Shown: piece by piece, positions 39,069 to 51,390 of the stretch
Position numbering within the stretch: position 1 is the first letter of the stretch
Layout of the letters: every line of letters starts with the position of its first letter
Assembly (NCBI RefSeq): GCF_004010195.1
Contig: NC_057751.1
Span: forward strand, 15,306,597 to 15,359,784
DNA: 53,188 bases
Source of the DNA: Chiloscyllium plagiosum
Taxonomy: Eukaryota
Direction: 5' to 3'
Made by a program: the position numbers and the translations under genes
The notes under the pieces: generated by a model
What the model saw: the letters and a program-made list of their open reading frames with translations, nothing else
What the model was told of the DNA's origin: nothing
Databases searched by the model: none

Positions 39069-40729
39069 TGTGACGAAGTTGAAAGCATGTATGCTCATTT
39101 TAAACATACAGAGTGTTTTGAGGTAAACTTCAAGTGTGGCTCAACTGCGTCATTTTAACAGATTACAGGGGAAGGTGAGCTTTTCTGGGCGATTGGTTTA
39201 ATTAACAGAGGGGTTCGAGCTCCGCATCGTAATCCCCAGCAAATTGAGAAAAGCTATTAGATAATAACCCTTGGGAATACATTCTAAGGAAAGAATCCTC
39301 AGATTAAAATGAAGACCATGACAGGTTAGTGCAGAGGTGAAATGGGAGGAAGTGCACCAGATCGTGTTGCCAGCAGCATACAGACAGGAAATATTCCGGG
39401 CAGCTGATGATTTACCAGTACGAGGTCATCCAGGTGTGAAGACGACTCAGGCTAAGGTATAAAAGCATTTCTATTCGCCTGGACTGCATAAAGATGTGGT
39501 TAAATTTTGCCATACATGTCATAAGTGCCAAATGGTAGGTAAGCCACAGGCAGTAATAAAACCAGCCCCTTTGTTGCTAATTCTCACATTCGAAGAACCT
39601 TTCAGGAGGGTTATGATTGACTGCGTAGGTCCCCTCCCAAAAACTAAAAGTGGGAACCAGCATTTGCTAACCATAATGGATAGGTCTACCAGATTTCCAG
39701 AGGCAATTGGATTACGGAGGACTAAGCAAAAAGGGTGGAGGAGGAGTGGTTAGCTGTCTCTACCTGGTATGGGCTACCCAGGGAGATTCAGTCAGACCAA
39801 GGGTCTAACTTAACTGCCACGCTGGTTAATCAAGTGCATACCATCCTGAATCCCACAGAGTCTTGAAAAGGTTGCATCAAATCCCGAAGATCATGGTAAG
39901 AGCCCCCAAACTGTTGCAACGCAGAGGTCGAAGCCTTCTGGTAATAAACTGAACACCCAGAAAAGCTAGTCTTGTAATCTATTCAAATACAAAATGACAG
40001 AGAACTCCTAAATTCCACTTTGTAAACAAACTATTTATTTTCTTCACTCAAATATAGTGAACACTAAACAACAAATCCAATCCCTCCCTTTCTCAAGTAC
40101 TTACTATCTGCCTCCAACTTTATTTTTTTAAAAAAAGGTGCTGTTCCAATTGCACACTTATTAATCATTACATTAACTTCATCTCAAGACCATACAGTCT
40201 CTGTCTTCTCCGTTGTCTTCAAATCTTCGGACTGCTGATCTCCCAGAGTGGTCATCTTTCTTTCTTTGACTGAGAGTATGTTTTACATGAAAAGGTACCT
40301 CTTTCGATAGAGAGTGGCTTCTAATTTCTTTGAGAGCAAGATAGTGGATGGGCAGTTAGCTCTTTGGCTTTACAGCAGCTGCTCAAAGGTAGTTGCTCTC
40401 TCACCAAGTTTAAAAAAAAAGCCAATGTCTTTTATATATGCCCATGACACATTGAATTTATTGTTTTGATGCCCAGAAGCAAAACTCAATTGGGTTTGAG
40501 AATCCTGGGCATAATTTAAACTTACTGGCTAAATTCGGATTGTTGTCAAAACAGCAACTAAGACTCAGGTATCCATTTAACAGCCATTTTCTACAATGCA
40601 TCCATTTTGGAACAGTTTGTCTCCCAGCCTTTCCATTCAGGCAGTTGAGCCTGCACTTCAAGTTTACTTCAAAATTCAGAAAACACTTTCTATTTTAAAA
40701 TGAACATATATGTTTTTGCCCCCATAACA
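39069..40729. mobile_element. Gypsy (Gmr1-like) LTR retrotransposon remnant: deleted LTR (+), integrase fragment (+), full LTR (-)
   Basis: TGT...ACA termini; flanks AGAG and AGAA. 39069-39233 matches the reverse complement of both ends of 39912-40729. A partial tRNA-Pro primer-binding site (PBS), TGGGGGCTC, follows the minus LTR at 39908-39900. Confidence 0.8.
39350..39900 (+). pseudogene. Degenerate Gypsy integrase (zinc-binding plus rve core)
   Basis: GHPGVKTT..KV*KHFYSPGLHKDVVKFCHTCHKCQMVGKP...PAPL...EEPFRRVMIDCVGPLPKTKSGNQHLLTIMDRSTRFPEA, then frameshifted YGLPREIQSDQGSN. Contains stops and frameshifts. Confidence 0.9.
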
Positions 40730-42721
40730 AGAATTTAAGCAGTAGTCAGACTGAGGCAGGGTCAGAAACATGTGATGTTAAAGAAAAATGGAAATAGGTT
40801 CTCTTAGTGACGACACAGCTAAGTGGTTGGAAATTCATCCTCAGGTCAAATCTGATACCAAAGCTGGGAAAGGTTTTGTTAAGCTCCAACCGCCAAAGAA
40901 GTCAATGACAAGGAAACAGAGCTTGCGATGGTGACTGAAGACAACAGCTTTGGTCTTCCTATTATTGGATTACAGATATTTCTGCTCATCCTGCCTCAGA
41001 GGCCAGATAAGCAGTGCTAATCGGGGCAAGAGAGAGGTCACAAGAAGTTATTCTGTCAGAGAGTGAGCATCTTCAGCTTAGATATGGAAAATGTATTTGC
41101 GGATAATGGTACTGACAGGCAGTAGGTAAGTGAAAAAGAGAAGTGGGTCAAGGACAGGTCCTCAGATGGTTTCCGAGGAAACAGAGCAAGAAAGGGATGA
41201 GAAGGCACCATAATTAGTTCTTTGGAATCAACAATGAATATTCACCCATAAAGGCACTGAAGAGAAGATCTTATATTTATGACGTGAATAATTTCTTTTC
41301 CAGTAGCTACGTCAATGCAACCTGCTCGGTCAACTTACATGGTCAGCTTTCATTGAACTCTCCAGATCTGAACCCATTACTGTTATCGCCCTTTTTCTTT
41401 TCTTCAACGCCCAGCTGCTAAATTCGTTCTAATCTCACCCACCTTCAGTCATCCTGTCATGACAACAGTTCTTTTAATATATTTTCAGGACTTTGCCTGC
41501 CCAATTTGCTCCCATTCCCATCTCCTGCCCAGGCTTGAAATCCATGAGAAAAACCAACAGTGCTCTCTCTGTTGTATTTCACTTTGCAACGGATGCACCA
41601 AAGAAGTGACTGGTATTTCTTCGCCCCACCCTGCTCTGTTACCAACCTTCCCATCCCATCCACCTGGTGGAATCTAACCCCAACAACTGTCTTGTCGTTC
41701 CATTCACTCGACCAGTCAGTGCTTCCTCAAATTTTGCCCGTGGATTAAGAACTGCCTCTCAATGCATCTCTCCGCAATTGGTCAGATTGTGATTCAGGTC
41801 GTCTCCTGCACCGACTTTACCAAGGACTGGAATGGGGTTCTCTTGGTTAGTGACGTACAGCTCTTCCCTGACAGGCATGTAAACGTCCAGCACAGCTCTG
41901 CCAAAACCTCTGTACTAGGCATTTAATTACCTCTTTCAACCTCTTTTCTCACAAACTCTCCCATCCACACGCACAGGCGGTTCATCGAGCCTTGCCATCT
42001 CTCACAGCCTACGTTCATTGCCTTGACTGTGACTTGTGGCAATCTCAAACCACATCCCTGAATCCTTCACCTGCTCCGAGAATTCAATCCTGGAGAAGTC
42101 TTAAATGAACCATAATTTCAGTCAATTCAACATTTTCAAGACCAAAGCCATTGTTTCAGGAATGGCCACCAAACACCCCCACCCCACTCCCCCCCCCCCC
42201 ACCAACTGAATTATTTTCCTCTCTGCAGATACATAACCTCTTTTCAATTCTGTTTCTGAAATGCATTGCAACAACTATGTACAAGGTTCTGTGATAAACA
42301 GAAACTGATAAACTTTACTGTTGATTGCTTTCTAACCAGGCCCAAGTTTTCATTTCAAAAACCAGAATAATTCATCTTCACTTCTGAGCAGACCTGAAAA
42401 ATCAGAGATGCAAAGAACCTTATGCTTTCTATAAATTCCACAATTCCTCACTCATACAAATGCCAACTCTCACTTATTCATGAGCCAACAGCATATACAA
42501 TTTAAATCAAGTGTGAAAGTTGTCACATAATTTTGCAGCCAATAAAGAATTTTAAATCAAGTTCCTGATGGAACTGACTGACTCTGTCCTTGAAGCGCAT
42601 TCAATCTTTCGTTCATGAAGTCAAAACAATAAAGCCATTTCTTCAAAAACAAGAGCTGCCAAAACTACAGGACGTTATTTCAGAAATTGAGATGGGAACG
42701 AACCAACCAACCTCACTTCTG

Positions 42722-42929
42722 ACTGCTCCACAACCCTGTCCAACCTTCATGTTGGTAGGTGCATTGTTATTTAAGAGCTTCAACCCACAGCTGGGAGAGG
42801 CAAGTAACCGTTTCACCACATTCCACTGCTTGGAATTTTACACCACACTGCTCCACAACCCTGTCCAACCTTCATGTTGGTAGGTGCATTGTTATTTAAG
42901 AGCTTCAACCCACAGCTGGGAGAGGCAAG
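42722..42929 (+). repeat. Perfect 83-bp direct repeat (42722-42804 and 42847-42929) with a 42-bp spacer
   Basis: ACTGCTCCACAACCCTGTCC...CAGCTGGGAGAGGCAAG occurs twice, identical by inspection. Confidence 0.95.
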
Positions 42930-43329
42930 CCACAGTTCAAAGGTTGCCCTCAGGCCAGTACAGGAGATCTCATAGATCAAGTTTATGCAAAAGGGCACTT
43001 ACCTTCTGCATGACGTGGCCTTTGCTCCAGTCAGGATCAAGTCCAGGTTCCCTCTGCAATGCATACAGATTATCAACAACTTGCGACCTGATGTAAAACA
43101 CCAGACCAGCTAGAACACTGCACAAATCTAACAGGTAGCAAGACCGTTGTGCCAAGACAAGGAGATTCTGCACCAATGAACACTCAATCTATGTCAAGGA
43201 AGTAAAACTGTTGGAATCCCTGGTGTAAGTGGGCTTGATCATCACTCAAGTTGCCCCTTCTGACATTGGCAGGTGGTGACGTACCCACCAACTAACGTTC
43301 TGCTGGGCTCAGCATTCTGACATTTCTAA

Positions 43330-45470
43330 TACGTTATGTCATGGCTGCACAAGACATTAATGAGGCCGCATTTGGAATACTGCAGCCAATTCTGGTTGCC
43401 CTGCTGTACGAAGGATGTTATTAAACCGGGAAGGATGCAAAACATATTTACAAGGACGTCAGAGATGAGAACCTGAGACTCTTTTCACTGGAGTGTTGGA
43501 GACTGAGGGGTGACCTTATAGAAGAAGTTTATAAAATCATGAGTGGAGAGATAAGGTGAATAGCGGAGGTCTTACCCCCAGGGTAGGGGAGAACAAGTCT
43601 AGAGGGCATAGGTTTAAGATGAAAGGGGAAAGATTTAAAACAGACCTGAGGAGCAACTTTTTCCTTAGAGGATAGTGCACATATGGAATAACCTGCCAAA
43701 CTAAGTGGAGGTGGTGAGGACAATTACAACAGACATTTGGACAGGTACATGGATAGGTAAGGTTTACAGGGATATGGGCCAAATATAGGCAAATGGAACA
43801 AATTCCATTGAGGAAACCAGCTGGGCACTGACATATTGGGCTGTATGACTCCGTTCCCACTCTGTAGTTTATGCTGTCCTCAATTTCCCTGTCCTGCTTA
43901 AATTAGACCCAAAGAATCCTCATTACTCAAGCTCAAAAGGATCTCTTTCATAATAAGCTAAGTGACACAGCAACGAACAATTCCAGCTGAAATGCTTGAG
44001 CATGGAAAAGCACCATCTACTATTCAAACATTGAAACAAAGAAAATGGGGAAGTCTATTTAGTCCTTTGAGTCTGCCTCACCATTCGATGATTATGGCCA
44101 ATTATCCAGCTCAGTACCCTGTACCATTTTTGCCCGGTACCCTTTGATCTCTTTAGCCACAAGAGCTAGATCTCACTCCTTCTTGAAAACATTCAGAAGT
44201 TTTGACCTCAACTGCATTGTATGATAAAAAATTCCACAAGTTCACCGCACTCTCGGTGCAGATATTTCATATCAAAGTCCTAAATGGCCTACCTTGTATC
44301 CTTAGACTGTGTCCCCTGGTTCTGGATTCTCTGGTCACGAAGAACATCCTTCCTGCGTTAAACTGGTCTAGAGCGTAGAATTTTAATCGGCGTCTACAAG
44401 ATTCCTCCTCATTATTAAGATCATGAGATATCGGAACAGAATTAATCTGCTCCACTATTCAATCACAGCTGATATATTTCTCAACCCTGTTCTCCTGCCT
44501 TCTCCCAAACCAATATGATCCCCATATCAATCAAAAAAAACCCCCACCTTGTCTTAAATACACTTGATGACTTCACCTCCATCGCCTTCTGCAGCAATGA
44601 GTCCCACAGATGAATCACCTCTGGGTAAAAATATATTCATTATCTTAGCTCGAAACAATTGTCCCTTTACGCAAAGGCTGTGCCCTTGGGTTCGAGTTTC
44701 TCCTACCAGTGGAAATATCTTCTCCACATCCACTCTATCAGGCCTTTCGTGTTCTGTACATTTTCGATCATATCCTCCCTCATCTTTCTAAACTCCACAG
44801 AGCACAAACCCAGAATACTCAACTGCTCCTTATTTGACAAATCGTTCATTGTAAAATTCCTGTTGACCCCTTCTAATGCCAGCACACCCTTCCTGAGACA
44901 CGGGGCCCAAAACTGCTCACACTGTGCCAAATTGTGGTCTGATCAGAGGTTTTACAGCCCCAGCAGCACAGCTCTAGGCTTGTATTCTTGACCTCTCGAA
45001 ATCAATGTTAAGATTACATTTCTCTCCCTAACTGCTTGTTAACCTGCATGGTAACCTTTCGAGAATCCTGAACTGGAACGCCCATGTGTGCATCAGATGC
45101 TTTTAAGCTCCAGTGAACGTAGCACTAACCAGTGTTGTCTCTCTTCATACATCAATCCTACCATCCAAGAAATCAGTCTGGTAGACCTTCACTTCACTGT
45201 CCCAATAGCCAGAATGTCTAATAAAGAGATCAAAACTGCACAGAATACTCCTACACAATCCTACCTGTGTGGTCTCACCAGAGCCCTGCACAATTGCACT
45301 AAGACATTGCTGCTTCTGCACTGAAATGGTCTCATTTTGAAGGCCTAAATATCATTTGCCTTTTTTCACCACCTGCAGTACCCGCACGCTTACTTACAGC
45401 AACTGGTGTGCAAGGATACCCAGGCCTCATCGAGTCTTCCCCTTAGCCAATGTATTGCCATCCAAATAAT
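43330..45470. mobile_element. Cluster of decayed CR1 fragments (+ at about 43330-43850; - at about 44040-45470)
   Basis: RPHLEYCSQFW and RLRGDLIE on the plus strand; CEQFWAPCLRKGVLALE and ESRTRGHSLRI on the minus strand. Confidence 0.8.
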
Positions 45471-45797
45471 ACCTTCATGGTCCTCTCAAACCCCTCACAC
45501 ATCAATGTAATTTCCTCCAACCTCACAATGTTCCAAGATATTCACATTCCTCCAACTCTGGCCTTCTGCACATGCCAGATTCTAATTGGTCCATCACTGG
45601 CAGCTTAAGATGCCCTGGTAATAAACTCTCCTGAACCTCTCCACCTTTCTCTCTCTCTTCGCTCTTTGAAGACACGACTAAAACCCTACAACATCAGGCC
45701 TACTGTCCTGATTTATTACTTTTGGGCTCAAACTCTCAAAAAAAAACAGGATTTATTTGATACTGTGTTAAGCATTCTCAGACATTGTATTTTGATT

Positions 45798-45977
45798 AGA
45801 GACAAAAAAAACTGCAGATGCTGGAATCCAAACTAAACAGGCAGAAGGCTGGAGAACACAGCAAACCAGACAGCATCAGGGAGGTGGAGAAGTCAACGTT
45901 TTGGGTATAAGCACCTGAAACATGGACTTGTCCATCGCCTAATGCTGCCTGGCTTACGGTGTTCTTCCAGCCTATCT
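45798..45977. mobile_element. Penelope-derived fold-back mini element; related termini at about 5175-5270, 31225-31330 and 46278-46465
   Basis: Starts aaaactgcagatgctggaatcc, like the 7484 terminus. Inverted arms around 45900. Flanked by ACATT(G/T)TATTTTGATT at 45782-45797 and 45978-45993. Confidence 0.7.
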
Positions 45978-46636
45978 ACATTTTATTTTGATTGCCACAT
46001 GTTGTTAGACATGTAACTATTCAAATTCCTTTCATAAAGTATAAGAAATACAAAGTCAGCAAGAAATATCTATCTTGACAACATGGATTTACAAGTTCTC
46101 ATGGAAAATTAACATTCTTCAATTGACCCCATGGCACATAGACCACACTTGTTCACAGCAGTTAAGCATATGGCCTGAAAAACAAACATGTTAGGTTAGC
46201 AACAAAACAACACACTTCTTGTTCCACAGCATAACACTGCCTTCAGATTACCACAAGCCACACACCCTGGATAATCTCAAAGCAAAAGACTGCAGATGCT
46301 GGAGATCTGAAATAACAACAAAATGTGCTGGAAATTCCCCCACAGATCTGGCACCGTCTGCGGAGCAACAAACAGAGTTGATGCTTCTTCAGAAGAATAA
46401 TATTGGATTTAAAACCTCAATTCTGTTCCTTCCTCTGCAGATGATGAGCATTTCCACCACATTGGTTTAAAATTGAAATGACTTAAACAACAAAACTGAG
46501 CTCTGTTTATTTCGTAACAATATTTCACACAAATAATTTAATGGAAAACATGGTAAACTACGGAACGTTCATAACAAAACAGCCAAAACAACATTTCCTT
46601 TCCCAGCTATTGTCAATGATAGCAAATTATAAACAT

Positions 46637-46829
46637 TCGTAGGTTAGCTCGCTGAGCTTGAAGGTTTGTTTTCAGACATTTCATCACCATACTAGGTAAC
46701 ATCATCATGGAGTGTCTCCAGTGAAGCCGGAGATGTTACCTAGCATGGGTGACAAAATGTTTGAAAGCCATCAGGCTCAGCGACCTAACTTATATACTTA
46801 TCATCAACCTGAGCTAAAAAAAAATCACT
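46637..46829. mobile_element. Penelope-derived fold-back mini element
   Basis: Inverted arms (TAGGTTAGCTCGCTGAGC...TCACCATACTAGGTAACATC and GATGTTACCTAGCATGGGTGA...GCTCAGCGACCTAACTTA). TSD AAATTATAA(A/G)CAT at 46624-46636 and 46830-46842. Decayed hammerhead core on the minus strand at about 46673-46709. Confidence 0.7.
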
Positions 46830-47564
46830 AAATTATAAGCATGTTTAAACAATAAATCAACACTGGCAATAAATGTTTCTACTCAACTTCTGCAACATGT
46901 GCACATCATTGCAGAGATGCATGGCTTTCACCCCAAACAGTGCAATATTGGAGGATCATTCACAACACCAGGAGCACTAATTTTCGTCTTTTTGTCTCCC
47001 GTTTTCAGCTGCATCAAAATCTGCTCGCGTCTGCAAAAACCTCAAGTCAGGGGAAGTGATTGAAAAATATTGACACACTGAATTATGCTGAACAGACTTT
47101 CTTTCCCTGCACTCCCCACCAAGTAGCCAACATTTCTTTGACTTGACCACATCACAAATGAACACTCTTCTCTTTAAATAAAGTTAGCTAGTAATTGCTT
47201 ATGAAGATATTAAGTGAACATTCTCATCGATACCAACTTCTCATCATAAAGTTGGATCTTCAGAGAATTACGTGGGGGTCACAGAATTTCGGTTAAGGAT
47301 TTGTTCGAAATTTGAAAACCCAAATTACAAGACAGTACAGTAAAAATGTTAATGACAAAGTAACTCGATATAAAATTAGGCTGTAAGATGTAATCTTTCT
47401 TTCATATTTGGCCTTGTCGTATCAGACTCACTCAGGTTTTCTGAACTGGTTAACAGCTTTTCTTCCATTTAGTTGAGAGTGGCACAACTTGGTCATGCTG
47501 CTGGCTACAGCACGTGACTGAAGACCTGCTAAAAACGAACCCTCATGCATGGGTTTTGCTCTGG

Positions 47565-47689
47565 CAAAAAAAAAAAATTAATTCCAGTTTTTATTTCATT
47601 ATAAATTACCAGAATGTTTTTTGTCATGAGGGCTGAACAAGCGTATCTCAGAGCACAGATTCAAGAGTTAAAGTTTGCAGAGATTTATT
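47565..47689 (-). terminator. Candidate polyadenylation signals of the ATAD1-like gene
   Basis: First minus-strand AATAAA hexamers seen after the stop are at 47689-47684 and 47595-47590. The second is followed by a T-run on the minus strand. This would imply a 3' UTR of about 2.3-2.4 kb. No transcript evidence. Confidence 0.35.
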
Positions 47690-49978
47690 GAAACTGCAGT
47701 TTAACCCTTTAAATCACATAACTGATCCAGATGAGAAAGGTAATTTAACCTATTATGATTCATTATTTCATTAGTGCCCCATTGTTAACACCCACACCAC
47801 TTTCCGACCTATTTTACGTGCACACCCAGATAGCGGTCCTAACATCAGGTTTTCCCAGTTCAAACCATGACTTTAATGTGACTGTCAGAGACTGAAGAAA
47901 AGGAAATGAGGTTTATCCATTCAGTGCTCAGGTGAGACCACTTAGGGAAATCAAAGATGCGGATAACTGCATGACTATTCATCACTGAGCCCTAATCAAG
48001 ATGCTGACACGAGCTGCATTCGTGGTCACTCTCCAATTACCCAGCAAATTAGCCACCCTTTTTCTTGTGAGCTAACAGAATGAGATTTGGGCTGACTATG
48101 CAAATTGGAGGGGCACCATTCTGACAGGAGAAATCCTGAGAAAAAGAGAGTCGTTGGAACAGCATAAAAGGTATAAAAGGGAACTAGGTACACAGGTTCA
48201 AAAATCATCAAAAGTGCAAACACAGGATGACAAAGTTCAGAGAAATCTAATTCAAAAACAGGTTAGTTATGATGAACTCATTCAGAATCTTGGTTATATC
48301 ACACAGAGTGCTGTACAAAGTTCAGGTTTCCACATTACAAACAAAACACAGATGTACTCAACAACATTTAAAAAACATTCAAGAATTGAGAGGGCATCCT
48401 CTCTGGAAAAAAGGGAAGACTGAGAGGTGAACTGATGGAGATCTTTAAAGTCAGGATGGGGTTTGTCAGGTAAATGCTCTTCTTCTCCACCTTCAGTCTC
48501 TGCCAAAAGGTCCAAACCACAACCCCACTATAGGTAGGAGGAGATTGATCGTGAATACACCCCAAAAGGACTGAACCACATACCAGTCTGATCAGCAGTC
48601 TGAGAAACTGAGCCACACGTTGTATTATACAGACAGCTATAAACAAAAAGGTGAAGTTGGAAACACAGAAGTAGTTGGTAATTCCTCATGAAGTGATCAA
48701 AGAGGAAAATAAATGGAACTGATAAATTAATTTCTGTTAGTAGATAGGAGATGCATTTCAATTGAACTAACATCCAAAAGTGCTTTCCAACCAAATGAAG
48801 CATAGTTATTGCTGGAATGTAAGAAACATAGCAGCTAATTTGCCCACTAATTTGTGATGACAAATGGAAAAAGATCATTTTATCTAGGAGAACAGTTCGC
48901 CTTCTGTGAATACTGCTGATAGATCTATAGCATCTATCCACAAAGGACAGACAAGGCTTTGGTTTGAACACCCTGTGTACAAGATTGCACATTCAACAGG
49001 GCAGCACTCCTTCAGCAGTGAACAAAGGTGCCAGCCTGAATGGTGTGCTCATGCCTCTGCCATGTCAAACTCTCAGCTTGGAATGCAAAAAGAAAGCACT
49101 TTCCAGTGAGTTAAGCTAATGCTCTATTGAAATGCTCCAATCAGTGGAGATTGCAAAACCAGCCACTTTTCAGACAACAGTAACTCCTGAACAGTAGCAA
49201 GATAAATTACAACTTTTGTGATATTGATCAGGAGAGGAACGCTGGCCAGGGACACAGACGTTCCTGCTGCTCTTTTAAGACAGGCCACAACAGTGCCATG
49301 GGGGGGGCGCGTTGGCCTTGACACAGCACCTGGAACAAAACGCCCATTTCAATAATGTTAAGCTCCACCACATCCGGCTCTGCCCCTCTCCAACATCGCC
49401 ACTTGGGTTGGGGAATTAGATAGGGAAGCAATAGTGCAGGCTTCCTGCTCCTATTATACAGTCTTGGCCATGCTGTATCACCTATCCAGCATCAAAATAG
49501 CTTGACGGTACGCAATACCCCAGCTCAGCCACTGAGAAAAGATCACATTTGGTAAGACAGTAGATGGCATTGGCAGCACTGCTGGAAAGGAGACCGGATC
49601 GGAAAACATAGCTCAGCCAACCTCACTTCTAGCTACTTAACAGCTCTCTACTGAAATGCGAGGTGAGACAACAACTGCCAGTCTTTTCGACACATCCGAG
49701 GCCAAATGAGGTTTTGCACGAGGTTGAGTCACTTCACTGTCAGCGCACATCACACTACTTCTCATGAAGCCAGTAGTGGGGGTGTCTGATCGCCAGAAAG
49801 AAAGGAGGGCTGTTGGTTGCTCAGCATCTCTTCAGAGTCCAATTTCACAAGGGAAGAATAGACCAGTTGTGAAAGTGAACTGGATTATGTAGAAGTCAAC
49901 GGAATTGCCTCGAAAACAAAAGAAAGCGACTTGCACGTGTAAAACCCATTGTTCAGTGTCGCTCCTTATGTGCTCCGT

Positions 49979-50099
49979 TCAGTCCAGAGGAGTGTCTTGC
50001 AGCATCAGAACATTAGTTCCTGCCTTTGATTCTTTCAACTTCTCCAAGGCCAGGTAGAGGTCTGTCTGAGTGATTGCTCGGAGACCCTCATCAGTGGAG
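49979..50099 (-). CDS. ATAD1: ATAD1 (atad1a-like) terminal coding exon; not in the ORF track
   Basis: Acceptor tttgtttcttttcaaag|C completes the phase-2 codon (AG+C). Translates STDEGLRAITQTDLYLALEKLKESKAGTNVLMLQDTPLD-stop (TGA 49981-49979), a typical ATAD1 C-terminus ending in LD. Confidence 0.88.
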
Positions 50100-50319
50100 C
50101 TTTGAAAAGAAACAAAGTAGGCATCAGATTATCCTCCCATACAAATATACCAATTCAGACTGAACATTGATGGCTGCTTCACATTGCAGCCCAATCATTC
50201 TAAGGTGATTCATCTTTCAGTGCTGTCTTTTCGAACAGGTTTATTGTACATCACCGTCTCCCGATCTGAAAAATCTTTTCTCATCTCCTCAACCCCATCA
50301 TTGGGCAATGGCTCCGTAG

Positions 50320-51055
50320 TGTTATGACACAGGGTAAACCTCTCTGCTAATTTAAACCAGCCACACAGAAAATATTCACCTTGTGCCGTAATCCGTTAGA
50401 AGAGGCAAAGAACGATACCAGAGGTCACTATTTAAAATAAAAATTAACAACATTATTCTTCAAAGTCCAACAGAAGAAATTAAAAGCAACAACGGTTTCC
50501 AATTCCTTTCTCTTAAACCTATCTTTCACCTCCCACTCTACAATGCGAGTCTGATTAAAAAAAATCCCGATTAATATTTACAAACAAACAAAATAAATTA
50601 CGTTTCAAAACTAGTCAGCTTTGCCCATTCTCCTTTGTAGATTTTCCTCTGTAGATTCTCTCCCGGTTGGCCTCAATGTTCTGCTGCACAAACTCCCCAC
50701 AGACAGGGTACCTTTCAGACAGCTCTTCTGCTAGCAGTCTACATTTGTTGGTCTTTGTCAGTTCTTCCCCCCCCCCCAACTGTTCAAAATGCCTGGTTTT
50801 ATACCACAAAACATCGGAACATTTCATTAATTTTCATATTATCAACATACTAAATTCAAATTTGATTGGATTTTAGTATCTTGGACCAGAATTTAAATTG
50901 ATTGGCCGAACTTGAATTTATTTTGGTTTCATGGCAACCCATCTGCTATGTGTTTCGACCAAGTGTTACATCGTTACCTTGTTGATGACTCGCTGTGCTT
51001 TGTCAGTCCGTGCTAGCTTTTCAACTCTCTTAAAGGTACGTACACCTTCATAACA
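50320..51055 (-). mobile_element. Solo LTR (Gypsy-type) in the last ATAD1 intron
   Basis: Termini TGTTATGA...TCATAACA; 4-bp flanks GTAG and ATAG. The left end resembles the LTR ends at 39912 and 39150-39233. Minus-strand CCAAT boxes (about 50865 and 50901) and TATAAAA (about 50796-50802). Confidence 0.8.
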
Positions 51056-51390
51056 ATAGGTACTAGTTAATTTTTGGCCTTATTCCACTGCAAGTCTTCA
51101 TGTGCCTCGGCTCCGTCTAAGCCGGGGCTAAGTCTTGACTGTGAAGGGAAAGAAAAGTCTTAACCTGGGAACAGATGCTGTCTCACATTTGAATTGTTTT
51201 CTTCTTATCCAGTGATTGTCCAGAGACATCGGCACAAGTTGCCTATGTTTTCCTACGAAGGGACACGTTCCCTTATCTTTACTCCACTTTATCTCCCTTT
51301 CACTCGTCAACTTTCACACAGTGGGATAAAGCTTTGCATATAAAGTGCAAATATTGTCAAACATAACAAAGGCACAGCAATGCAAAGTAC

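Noticed and set aside
42722..42929. Repeat-spacer-repeat as a CRISPR-like array
   Set aside because: Only two 83-bp units, vertebrate context, no cas genes.
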